Shown piece after piece: positions 36,396 to 44,194 of a stretch of DNA of 48,989 nucleotides (the first letter of the stretch is position 1; the number at the start of each line of letters is the position of its first letter). Origin of the DNA: a virus. Taxonomy: Duplodnaviria; Heunggongvirae; Uroviricota; Caudoviricetes. The notes below the pieces were generated by a model, which did no database searches, was not told the origin of the DNA, and saw only the letters and a program-made list of their open reading frames with translations. The stretch lies in the IMG/VR virus record IMGVR_UViG_2541047945_000011; one strand, given 5' to 3'. The position numbers were made by a program, and so were the translations under genes.

Positions 36396-36752
36396 TTATT
36401 CAGTTCTGGATTTTGTCGCCCTGCGTATCCGCGCTTTCGCGTTACGCTCAATCTGAATTAGCTTTTCTATATTTTTTCGCCTTTCCCGCTCCTCCTGGCG
36501 CAAGTGCCTTACATCATCTGCCAGTCTGGTTTCTCTTTTCGCCACAGAGAGCATCCAGTCAAATGGCTCCACAACTGCACCGCAGATTTTACAGCGGACC
36601 TGACGCTCTTTTTCGTCAACCCGGACAGAGGCGTGATGACAATATGGTCTTTCCGATGGCTCATAAAGAAAATTAACCTGATTACGAGGGTCATCCTCTT
36701 TTACCGGAAATAAAACGATATTGCTTAACTCATCCTCTGGTTTTATTTCCAT
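36396..36752 (-). CDS. Hypothetical protein with putative zinc ribbon (118 aa)
   Basis: CHH...C.IC motif and basic C-terminal tail. Confidence 0.5.
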   Translation of the reverse strand: MEIKPEDELSNIVLFPVKEDDPRNQVNFLYEPSERPYCHHASVRVDEKERQVRCKICGAVVEPFDWMLSVAKRETRLADDVRHLRQEERERRKNIEKLIQIERNAKARIRRATKSRTE

Positions 36753-37191
36753 GCTCCTCTCCTTTGATGCGAATGCCAGAGACGCGTAATGCGTGTTCTA
36801 GGTCAATCAGGTAAAGCCAACTGCCATTTTCTTTAGGTATCATGACATGTCGCTCATCTGCATTTATCGGGTGTCCATATCGAAGGTCGTAGCGAGTCGG
36901 TAATTGAACTTCCCGCGCTTCCAGTTCAGCAATACGCTTGCTCCCATCAGAGATAACGCCTTCGTAATACTCACGCTGCTCTTTGAGTTGTGATTTTGCT
37001 TCTTCCAGTCCATCCAGCAAATCAGCGATAATATCCGCTTCCCGATGACGGATGTGACGCTTAAACGCAGCAAGAGCCGCATCACAATCCCGTTCAGCAT
37101 TTGGGCTGTCCGGGATAGCCTGATACCACGCCAGCGTCGACTGATAGTTTTGTGCTGCCTCACGAAGCGCCTCATAGTTAACCTCTCTCAT
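36730..37191 (-). CDS. Hypothetical protein (153 aa)
   Basis: ORF in the tightly packed nin-like operon. Confidence 0.5.
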   Translation of the reverse strand: MREVNYEALREAAQNYQSTLAWYQAIPDSPNAERDCDAALAAFKRHIRHREADIIADLLDGLEEAKSQLKEQREYYEGVISDGSKRIAELEAREVQLPTRYDLRYGHPINADERHVMIPKENGSWLYLIDLEHALRVSGIRIKGEEHGNKTRG

Positions 37192-37484
37192 TGAGCCACC
37201 TCCTGATAAATCACTGCATGCCCCAGTTTCTCCGCCAGTGCCAGCTCTGCCTTAGCGCCCGCTGACCGCTGCCAGCCATTCAGCATGTAAATCGCATCCA
37301 CACAACGAATCATTGCCATGCAAATATCCATGTAGTGCGGCTGTGTCAGCCCGTCCGGAAGTACTGCCGGGTTTAAGACGGTATGCCCTTCCCGTTTCAG
37401 TTCCTCTTCCGCCTTGTGAAACGCCTCACGGTTGAAATTTTCATATCCCGTCATTGGACCGGCAATATAAACTCTGACCCTCAC
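37188..37484 (-). CDS. DUF4406-like (nucleoside 2-deoxyribosyltransferase-like fold) protein
   Basis: GTG start at 37484 with AGGAGG RBS and GTGA overlap with the upstream stop; VYIAGPMTG...NF...F...A...L...GH.VLNP motif. Confidence 0.5.
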   Translation of the reverse strand: MRVRVYIAGPMTGYENFNREAFHKAEEELKREGHTVLNPAVLPDGLTQPHYMDICMAMIRCVDAIYMLNGWQRSAGAKAELALAEKLGHAVIYQEVAQ

Positions 37485-37888
37485 TCCATCACCTCCTGAA
37501 AGTTTCCCCGATAGAACGCCAGCACACGCTGCATAACTTCGCTCTGGCGGCACTCACGAAAAATTATGTTCTGCCGTCTGTTGTAACGACGTATTTCTCC
37601 GTCAGGTAACTTTCGAATCAGTGTCGGGTCAGCAGCCTTCTCCGGTGTCTTACGCCATACGCGATACGCCTGCTCTGATGGAAATACCCCGCAACCAGAG
37701 AGCCAGACATCACCACTGGCCGCAAGCGCACCAGATAAACGACGAATAGCGGTCTTACTGACACCCGTTTTATCTGCCAGTTGTCGAAAAGTTTCTCGTC
37801 CGCTCAGGCGCACGAATTCCACAATGCGCGCCTTCACTTCTTCCCGCTCTTCTGGTGTAAATACTTTTGCCATAAGCGCCTCCGGCAA
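37481..37888 (-). CDS. Hypothetical protein (135 aa)
   Basis: ORF; start may be at the second Met (MAKVF...). Confidence 0.45.
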   Translation of the reverse strand: MPEALMAKVFTPEEREEVKARIVEFVRLSGRETFRQLADKTGVSKTAIRRLSGALAASGDVWLSGCGVFPSEQAYRVWRKTPEKAADPTLIRKLPDGEIRRYNRRQNIIFRECRQSEVMQRVLAFYRGNFQEVME

Positions 37889-38677
37889 TCACTTTTCCGA
37901 TACAACACGGCGGGAAGAATCAGTAATCTGTCGAACAATATCCCGGTGCTTGTTCAGCTCCCGCAGCGCGGCGCAGACTCGCTCCCACTTCTGAACATCA
38001 CTTTTCGCCCTGCGCAGCGCCAGGTTTGCCCTGCGAAGGGACGGAAAAATCAGCTCATCTGCTTGCGTTTCGGTAAACGATGGCAACGGCTGCACAATGT
38101 CCGCCACAGTTTCTGTTTTAATTTCTTCCTGTGTTGCGGCTTCCCGGACTGGTAACGCAGCACCTGCTGGCTGAGGAAAGGCCTTACCATCACTTTCCGT
38201 TACCAGCGCGGCTTTCGGCTCTGCTGGTAAATTATCGCCCGGCATGCAGTAACGAAATTTACCGTTCTGATTAACGCGTGCCAGCCGCCCCATTGCGGTT
38301 ACCACCGCCAGCGTGGAGGCAACCTTGCGAGTACTGACGCCGAACTTACCCGCCAGTTCCTCACACGTTTTAGCACCATCCTGACCGATAAACTCAATCA
38401 TCATGTCTGCGGTAACTTTTTGTTCGACCTCTCCGGTCAGCATATCCTGTGCTTCAGATTTTACTGGCCGCTCTTCGGTTACCCGGGATTCACCTTCGCC
38501 AGCCAGAAACCAGGTGTGACCAGTTTTATCAACGACGCCATTTCTTTTGAGTTCCCACAGCTCGTTGAGAACCTCTTCACGACTGATATCAAGTCGCGCG
38601 GCCAGTTCTACCGATGTGGCTTTTCCCATTGCTTTCAGTGCGTCAAATACGGTTTCCATTAAAATTTCCTCCGACAA
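37889..38677 (-). CDS. Hypothetical DNA-binding protein with winged-helix-like repeats (262 aa)
   Basis: Two wHTH-like segments (...[28 protein letters not shown]... and ...[32 protein letters not shown]...). Confidence 0.5.
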   Translation of the reverse strand: MSEEILMETVFDALKAMGKATSVELAARLDISREEVLNELWELKRNGVVDKTGHTWFLAGEGESRVTEERPVKSEAQDMLTGEVEQKVTADMMIEFIGQDGAKTCEELAGKFGVSTRKVASTLAVVTAMGRLARVNQNGKFRYCMPGDNLPAEPKAALVTESDGKAFPQPAGAALPVREAATQEEIKTETVADIVQPLPSFTETQADELIFPSLRRANLALRRAKSDVQKWERVCAALRELNKHRDIVRQITDSSRRVVSEK

Positions 38678-38692
38678 AATCGTTTCTCAGAT

Positions 38693-39358
38693 TCAAATAA
38701 AACCAGCTGCCTTCCGGCGTTCGTATTCCTGTTTCAGCCGTTCAATTGGCGTTGGCCCTTGCGGGTGTTTCGCCCCTTCCAGTTGTCGTCGCACTGGCGG
38801 AACACTCATCCCGTTACCAACATGCTTTGCCCATTTCGTCAGTTGCCGTTCCGCAAGTCGTTTTAACTCACCCTGCGTCATCTGGCGCTCAATCCCTCTG
38901 GTACGCATTTCGAGGCAGATGTGGTACAGCACAGGCTGAGGCCACGGATATTTGTCGCTTCCGTCATATCGCCAGGACTCATCACGCCAGCGGCGGTACT
39001 CCTCCATCACAGCATCCACCGTCAGGCCAAATGGATTGGCCCCGCTTTCTGAAATCAGCGCCACAAACTCAGCCAGGTCCGGAGGCCATGTTTCACCCGC
39101 CCGGCAGCGGTCCATGCACTGGCGGCAGACCTGTCGGATTTGCTGCTCAGTCATCGCGCCAATCTGTGCAATCCAGAGCTTCGAAGGTGCGGCCCCGTTC
39201 TTCTGGGTCCAGCGGTTCGAATAAACCTCCCCCATGAGTTCCCACAGCTTCCAGACCGTTTCCGTCGCTGATAAATCCGTTTTCACGTTCCCACTGCTCA
39301 CGTGCTGCCCGAATTTCCTGAACTGCCCGTGATGCGGTGCCACCTGGTGCTGCTGCAT
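38693..39358 (-). CDS. P: Replication protein P-like (helicase loader)
   Basis: ...DKYPWPQPVLYHICLEMRTRG...MTQGELKRLAERQL resembles the lambda P C-terminus; ATG at 39358 with AGGGGG RBS. Confidence 0.7.
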   Translation of the reverse strand: MQQHQVAPHHGQFRKFGQHVSSGNVKTDLSATETVWKLWELMGEVYSNRWTQKNGAAPSKLWIAQIGAMTEQQIRQVCRQCMDRCRAGETWPPDLAEFVALISESGANPFGLTVDAVMEEYRRWRDESWRYDGSDKYPWPQPVLYHICLEMRTRGIERQMTQGELKRLAERQLTKWAKHVGNGMSVPPVRRQLEGAKHPQGPTPIERLKQEYERRKAAGFI

Positions 39359-40187
39359 GGTTTACCCCCTTGCTGACTGGTTTAACCTGCGCCCTGACGT
39401 GATTTACGTGACGGGCGAATTTCTGCTCCCACTGAATCTGAGTAAACACTTTCCCCTCCGCTGCCCAGTAGTCCCGGAAGGCGGCAAGTTCAGCAGGTGT
39501 AAATTCTGTCTCCGGCAAAGCCATCCCCCACAACGCAGCCCGTCGTCGAAAATCCCGTGACGGATACCAGCTATCGGTCATCGGAAATTTTCCGATGGGT
39601 TCGCTCAGGCCATCCAGGAATACAAGGGGTGCTGCCTGTAACGACAAAACTTCCTGCTCACTGGTCGGAGCACTCTCGCGTGCGTTATGTGTGGGGTTTA
39701 GATCTTTGGGTTCCTTTGGGTTCCGTGATCCGTTTTTGGGTGTCTTTGATGGAAAATTTGGGTGTCTTTGGTTATTTTCCATGCAGCTAAGAGTTCCGTT
39801 TTTGGGTCTGTTTTGTGCTGAAACATAACCATTTTCGGTACTGTTTTTATTAACAGCACCAATTTTACCCACCTTTAAAGACTCCCGTTTTTGGGTGTAT
39901 TCAGGCTCGGCAACACTTTCTTCTACACCGATAAGTCGGTACACCACAATTTGCTTTGTTCTGCCTTTTCTCTCACCGGTATCAACAATTAACCCAATCT
40001 CCATCAGGTGTCGTAAGCTGTCCTGCACAGTCTTTTTGTTTAGTTCCGTTACTTCTGCCAGTGCAGATACAGACGGGTATGCACACAAATCGGCACCGCA
40101 CATATCAGCAAGCCAGGTCAATACAGACTTACTGGATGAACTGCCGGTTTTCACCTTTTTAGCCCATCGTAGTGCATCGATACTCAT
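39147..40187 (-). CDS. O: Replication initiator O-like protein with internal origin iterons
   Basis: N-terminal HTH replication-initiator domain; iteron-encoded PKNG-rich linker; ATG at 40187 with AGGGG RBS. Its 3' end overlaps P by about 210 nt in another frame. Confidence 0.7.
   Translation of the reverse strand: MSIDALRWAKKVKTGSSSSKSVLTWLADMCGADLCAYPSVSALAEVTELNKKTVQDSLRHLMEIGLIVDTGERKGRTKQIVVYRLIGVEESVAEPEYTQKRESLKVGKIGAVNKNSTENGYVSAQNRPKNGTLSCMENNQRHPNFPSKTPKNGSRNPKEPKDLNPTHNARESAPTSEQEVLSLQAAPLVFLDGLSEPIGKFPMTDSWYPSRDFRRRAALWGMALPETEFTPAELAAFRDYWAAEGKVFTQIQWEQKFARHVNHVRAQVKPVSKGVNHAAAPGGTASRAVQEIRAAREQWERENGFISDGNGLEAVGTHGGGLFEPLDPEERGRTFEALDCTDWRDD
39698..39900. repeat. ori: Replication origin iterons followed by an AT-rich segment, inside O
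   Basis: At least four copies of CGTTTTTGGGTGTCTTTG-like repeats (39735-39748, 39753-39773, 39796-39817, 39885-39900) and an AT-rich stretch at 39818-39870. Confidence 0.7.
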
Positions 40188-40710
40188 ACAAACCCCTGGC
40201 AGACATTTGTTTATCTGCAAAGTAATATTGATATTGCTGACGATACGCATGCTTGAAAGCAATAGCTTTTTCTATAAGCTCGTCAGTCTCACGTTCCACA
40301 ACAGCTGGATCCGCAAAAAGCAGCCCGGACTCCACCACATCGCCATATTCTTTGTTTAATCCGGCGATCATGTACGTAATGCTTTTTCCATCACTGATCT
40401 CACGATACAACCTGAAATCACTAATTCGGATAGCCTCCATAATTGCCGGAATCAGCGCCGTGAATTTTTTCCGCTTATCCCTGGTGTCGATAGCTTTCCA
40501 GCGTTCGAATATCTTCACCCGGTTAACGCCCAGCGCCCGTTGATCAACCTCGCCATCATTAAACGTGACGCGTTGAACATCGATGTTCGGGCGTTCTTTC
40601 AGAGCCCAGAATGCTTCCGTGATTAATATCGTCGCTTGCTCCTGTGTCATTCCTGGTCGACATACCCAGGCATCCAGAGCCTCACAAACCTGTTCAGGGG
40701 TGATTTTCAT
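40159..40710 (-). CDS. YdaT-like protein (candidate CII-analogue regulator)
   Basis: 183 aa in the cII position between cro-like and O; ...KKFTALIPAIMEAI... resembles Rac YdaT from memory. Confidence 0.45.
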   Translation of the reverse strand: MKITPEQVCEALDAWVCRPGMTQEQATILITEAFWALKERPNIDVQRVTFNDGEVDQRALGVNRVKIFERWKAIDTRDKRKKFTALIPAIMEAIRISDFRLYREISDGKSITYMIAGLNKEYGDVVESGLLFADPAVVERETDELIEKAIAFKHAYRQQYQYYFADKQMSARGLYEYRCTTMG

Positions 40711-40921
40711 TGTTCAACCGCCCCGCCCGCTTTGCCTTACGATATTCGTCATAAACTTTGGGGTCGTACTGAAGTTCCCCGACGGATGCCTCTTGCAGGC
40801 GCATCGCGCGACCTTCAGGAACCAGTTCCCCCCATTGAGAAACAGCAGATGGATCAACACCAGCAGCTTTCGCTACTTTGGCTTTCGTCCCATAAAAATT
40901 AATTACGTCTGATTTAAACAT
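40694..40921 (-). CDS. dicC: Cro-like repressor (DicC/YdaS-type HTH)
   Basis: ATG at 40921 with GGAGG RBS; ...GTKAKVAKAAGV...VSQW...VPEGRAMRLQEAS.GELQYDPKVY; divergent from the repressor. Confidence 0.75.
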   Translation of the reverse strand: MFKSDVINFYGTKAKVAKAAGVDPSAVSQWGELVPEGRAMRLQEASVGELQYDPKVYDEYRKAKRAGRLNNENHP

Positions 40922-40998
40922 CACCCCTCCAAAGTTGAGTTTTCTCAATAGTAATCATTCAAGGAATCTCAAGTCAAGGGTTATTAAGATATCTAAAT
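40922..40998. promoter_or_regulatory. Divergent operator/promoter region (OR-like) between the cro-like and repressor genes
   Basis: Inverted repeat TTGAG-TTTT-CTCAA at 40935-40948 and related half-sites; 77-bp intergenic space. Confidence 0.5.
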
Positions 40999-41406
40999 AT
41001 GAACGAGAAAACTTTAGGTCAACGAATTAGAGAAAGACGCAAACAGGTTGGTTTAAGTCAAAACGATTTAAGCAAAGCCGCTGGCGTATCTGGCTCATCA
41101 ATTTCACTATGGGAAAGCGACCATACAGCCCCGCGCGGGCAAAATTTGCATCGCCTGGCTGAGGTATTGCAATGTTCACCAACTTGGATACTGTTTGGTG
41201 ACGAGGATAAAACACCAGATCCACCAGTAGCACTCAACAGCGCCTTAGACTTATCGGAAGATGAGTTGGAGATGTTGCGATTGTATCGCGCACTTCCAAA
41301 ATCAGAGCAGCAAGCACAAATCAGCGAACTCCGTGCCCGCGTTGAGAATTTTAATCGCCTATTCACCGAGCTACTAGAAGCTCGCAAACGTAACAAACAT
41401 CAGTAA
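40999..41406 (+). CDS. dicA: DicA-type prophage repressor (HTH-XRE, no S24 peptidase domain)
   Basis: 135 aa; ...GQRIRERRKQVGLSQNDLSKAAGVS...SLWE...LHRLAEVLQCSPTWILFGDEDK...ELRARVENFNRLFTELLEARKRN matches Qin DicA from memory. Confidence 0.85.
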   Translation: MNEKTLGQRIRERRKQVGLSQNDLSKAAGVSGSSISLWESDHTAPRGQNLHRLAEVLQCSPTWILFGDEDKTPDPPVALNSALDLSEDELEMLRLYRALPKSEQQAQISELRARVENFNRLFTELLEARKRNKHQ

Positions 41407-41467
41407 CCCCCTTCACAAATTTTAAAGCCTTACATTTCAATGTATTGGCTTTATTTTGCATTAAATA

Positions 41468-41519
41468 TTGAGTTTTCTCATTAAAAATGCTTGACCAACA
41501 TTCACGAGAAAACTAAATT
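41468..41519 (+). promoter_or_regulatory. PL-like early promoter with operator copies (TTGACC-17 nt-TAAATT)
   Basis: Operator-like TTGAGTTTTCTCA at 41468-41480, -35 TTGACC at 41491-41496, -10 TAAATT at 41514-41519, second operator-like GAGAAAACTAA in the spacer. Confidence 0.45.
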
Positions 41520-41595
41520 ACCACCCATCAAGACACCGCACGGTGTTCTCAGCAAACAGTTCCGCTACCCGGCGTTAAGGGGTAATGAGGTCAGC

Positions 41596-41748
41596 ATGGA
41601 TACTATCGATCTTGGCAACAGCGAATCTCTGGTATGTGGTGTGTTCCCCAACCAGGACGGCACATTCACCGCCATGACGTATACCAAAAGCAAAACGTTT
41701 AAAACCGAAGCTGGCGCGCGTCGCTGGTTAGCAAGAAACTCCGACTGA
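41596..41748 (+). CDS. ydfA: YdfA-like small protein (50 aa), first gene of the dicB-type early operon
   Basis: ATG at 41596 with GAGG RBS; MDTIDLGNSESLVCGVFPNQDGTFTAMTYTKSKTFKTEAGARRWLARNSD. The track's longer ORF starts at a TTG inside the promoter. Confidence 0.55.
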   Translation: MDTIDLGNSESLVCGVFPNQDGTFTAMTYTKSKTFKTEAGARRWLARNSD

Positions 41749-42098
41749 TGAGGTTGACGATGGAATTTAAAGATTTACCTCCTTCAATCCAGGAGATTGC
41801 AGCACACACACTTCGTCATCGTCTGAACGAACTTGAATTGGAATCGGTAACAAAAAAAGACACTGATAATATGGCTCGTAATGTGCGCGATGCGTTTACT
41901 GGGCTGTTTTCAGATACAGCTTTAAATATCCATGGCACAGAGGATACAGCAAAACAATTTGCAGAAAAAGAAGTGGAAGATCCCAGTTCAAAGAGCCAGA
42001 AACAGCCAAACAACCATGAAATTAACGAACTGCTTCTGGCAACAGGCTTCATAAATATTAACGAATATGAACGCCGTAAAAAAATGTTATCTGATTAA
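41748..42098 (+). CDS. Hypothetical acidic helical protein (116 aa)
   Basis: Start overlaps the ydfA-like stop (TGATG); no recognised family. Confidence 0.5.
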   Translation: MRLTMEFKDLPPSIQEIAAHTLRHRLNELELESVTKKDTDNMARNVRDAFTGLFSDTALNIHGTEDTAKQFAEKEVEDPSSKSQKQPNNHEINELLLATGFININEYERRKKMLSD

Positions 42099-42281
42099 TC
42101 CATCAAGATATCTTTTTAGCATCAGCGTTTCTACGTTATTAAAACCATCAGATTTTAACATAGCTTCGATTCGCTGATTTAAATTGCCAACTAACTGTTG
42201 ATACTGAGTAGATGGAAGCATGTGTACCAGCTCCTTGAGAACACAATAACATGCACCAAGTTTTAACTCCTGCTCTGACAT
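42087..42281 (-). CDS. Hypothetical small protein (64 aa), convergent to the early operon
   Basis: ATG at 42281 with GGAGGA RBS; AT-rich codons; MSEQELKLGACYCVLKELVHMLPSTQYQQLVGNLNQRIEAMLKSDGFNNVETLMLKRYLDGLIR. Confidence 0.45.
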   Translation of the reverse strand: MSEQELKLGACYCVLKELVHMLPSTQYQQLVGNLNQRIEAMLKSDGFNNVETLMLKRYLDGLIR

Positions 42282-42619
42282 TTTATCCTCCATTGAGGTT
42301 ACTGGTTGAGAATGGAGACCTCTCGTGACAGCGTGTGGTCGTGCGCCGGACACGGATAAGAATCCGGCACTGACAGTTTACTGAAAGGATATTTCCATGA
42401 AAAGTCAGACCATAACGCGAAAGCGCACGGCGAGGTAGCTGGTTCATAGATAGCCTGTCGTTAAATTTTCGTCGACCGTGCGCTTCCGGTTGTGACACTC
42501 CGCGAAATGGCGCGGCGGTAAGTATGACGGGGTTATTCCTTCCCCGTTGAGGACACCGGGTTGTCAGGTTGACCATACGCTTAAGTGACAACCCCGCTGC
42601 AACGCCCTCTGTTATCAAT

Positions 42620-42677
42620 TTTCTGGTGACTTTTGGCGGTATCAGTTCTACTCCGTGACTGCTCTGCCGCCCTTTTT
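42620..42677 (+). ncRNA. dicF: DicF small RNA
   Basis: TTTCTGGTGACTTTTGGCGGTATCAGTTCTACTCCGTGACTGCTCTGCCGCCCTTTTT matches Qin DicF from memory; sits between the ydfA-like genes and dicB as in Qin. Confidence 0.8.
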
Positions 42678-42965
42678 AAAGTGAATTTTGTGATGCGGTG
42701 AATGCGGCTCAGCGCACGCGGAACAGTTAAAACAAGCGGTCTTTTACGGGCGTAACGGGAATGCTCTGTATCCGACGTTAATTGTTAACTGGTTAACGTC
42801 ACCTGGAGGCACCAGGCACCGCATCAACAAAGTTCACTTCGGTGATGAAAGGTAGAGAAAATGTTGAATGTAGCTATTGAAAACCAGAACGGGTGGAATT
42901 ATAGTGCACCTGCACCTCATAAAACGGGTGCCGGGCGTGGAAACCCGAAATCATTCACGGCGCAT

Positions 42966-42988
42966 AACCGCGCTCAGGCGGTTTTTTT
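42966..42988 (+). terminator. Putative intrinsic terminator in the leader upstream of rha
   Basis: AACCGC-gctcag-GCGGTT followed by TTTTTTTA. Confidence 0.4.
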
Positions 42989-43157
42989 ATGCGTTAAGCA
43001 CAGCCACATTCGCATTATGGTGGGGCGTGCAGGGCAGCCGCAAGGCTGGCCGGGTTCCGTGATGACCGGTATTTCCACCCCTGTACGTCTCACCACCCTT
43101 ATGGTCGTGGAAAACCTCGGTGGTGAGTTAATCAAATTCATCGCGGAGGCTGCCATC

Positions 43158-43715
43158 ATGGCTACTATCCTTACCCTTTCTCACCCTGACGTAACCATCG
43201 AAAATGGTCGCGCTGTCACTACGTCTGTTGCGATCGCCGAGTTCTTTGGCAAACGCCACGAACGAGTGTTGGATAAAATTCGCAATCTGGACTGTTCAGC
43301 AAAATTCACTGAGCACAATTTTGTGTCAAGCGAATACACCGACTCAACCGGGCGCAAACTCCCAATGTACCAAATCACCAAAAACGGCTTCGTTTTCCTG
43401 GTGATGGGCTTCACTGGCAAAAAAGCCGCTGCATTTAAAGAGGCATACATTGCTGAGTTCGACCGCATGGAAGCAGAACTGCGCCAGAATAACGCCCCGT
43501 CTCCCGACAAAATGATTCACGGGGACGGACGCACCCTGGTTATCCGTCTCGACGAACACGGCAATATCAAATTCACTGAAACCGTTCCTGACGGCGCAAT
43601 GGTCTGCACCCTGGATACCTTCCGGTTTTATCTGGAGAAACAAGGATGGACTCTTGTAAACCGGAGCGCAATTAAAAATATGACTGTGGAGCAATTGCTA
43701 AAAATTCATTGTTGA
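43158..43715 (+). CDS. rha: Rha-family phage regulatory protein
   Basis: ATG at 43158 with GGAGG RBS; ...TTSVAIAEFFGKRHERVLDKIRNL...YQITKNGFVFLVMGFTGKKAAAFKEAYIAEFDRMEAEL matches the Rha domain. The track's N-terminal extension was rejected. Confidence 0.7.
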   Translation: MATILTLSHPDVTIENGRAVTTSVAIAEFFGKRHERVLDKIRNLDCSAKFTEHNFVSSEYTDSTGRKLPMYQITKNGFVFLVMGFTGKKAAAFKEAYIAEFDRMEAELRQNNAPSPDKMIHGDGRTLVIRLDEHGNIKFTETVPDGAMVCTLDTFRFYLEKQGWTLVNRSAIKNMTVEQLLKIHC

Positions 43716-43725
43716 GGACGCGATA

Positions 43726-43914
43726 ATGGAAACGTCACTACCAAACGTTAATACGTCTGAAGGTTGTTTTGATATTGGTGTTCTGCTCAGTAACCGGGAG
43801 TTTACGGAAGATGCCATTAAGATGAGAAAATATGAACCTTATCTTCTCAATGATAATTCCATACTTTCCAGAATTGCCCTTCTTGAACTTGGTATTATCG
43901 GAGAACAGCAGTGA
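43726..43914 (+). CDS. dicB: Cell division inhibitor DicB
   Basis: 62 aa; METSLPNVNTSEGCFDIGVLLSNREFTEDAIKMRK... matches Qin DicB. Confidence 0.8.
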   Translation: METSLPNVNTSEGCFDIGVLLSNREFTEDAIKMRKYEPYLLNDNSILSRIALLELGIIGEQQ

Positions 43915-44099
43915 CTTCAGCATTTGCACTGGTGATGACCGTTTTTCTTATAACGGGTGAGCCACAAAATGTGATTACCGGAATTTATGACAGTAAGTCA
44001 TCCTGCATTCAGGTAAGGGACGAACAAAAAATCCCCGGTGAATGCCTCCCGTTAAAAAAAGTATCGCTGAACCTGAATAACGAAATACCGGCTGGATAA
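43911..44099 (+). CDS. ydfD: YdfD-like small membrane (lysis) protein
   Basis: GTG start overlapping the dicB stop; ...SAFALVMTVFLITGEP...EQKIPGECLP...NNEIPAG resembles Qin YdfD. Confidence 0.65.
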   Translation: MTSAFALVMTVFLITGEPQNVITGIYDSKSSCIQVRDEQKIPGECLPLKKVSLNLNNEIPAG

Positions 44100-44194
44100 C
44101 CCGCCAGCCATATTAACGCCATACCAACGGATTAAAAATGCCAGCAATGGCAGGGATTCGTTCACCCTGAAATCTGTAATGAGGTTAAAACACA

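Noticed and set aside
41491-41595. Extended ydfA-like ORF starting at TTG 41491
   Set aside because: That TTG is the -35 element of the PL-like promoter; the ATG at 41596 has a proper RBS.
40999-42098. Lambda-type N antiterminator or rexAB downstream of the repressor
   Set aside because: The genes after the repressor are ydfA-like and an acidic helical protein; no Arg-rich N-like motif and no large RexA/RexB-like proteins are present.
42283-42618. 111-aa minus-strand ORF upstream of the 64-aa gene
   Set aside because: Extremely Arg-rich, low-complexity translation of a GC-rich segment; no RBS; more consistent with structured non-coding sequence.
42282-42619. Retron ncRNA or type III (ToxI-like) antitoxin repeat array
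   Set aside because: No reverse transcriptase gene nearby and no tandem direct repeats of constant length; only scattered hairpins.
42861-43157. N-terminal 99-aa extension of the rha ORF
   Set aside because: Contains an intrinsic terminator (42966-42988); the Rha domain begins right after the internal ATG at 43158, which has a GGAGG RBS.
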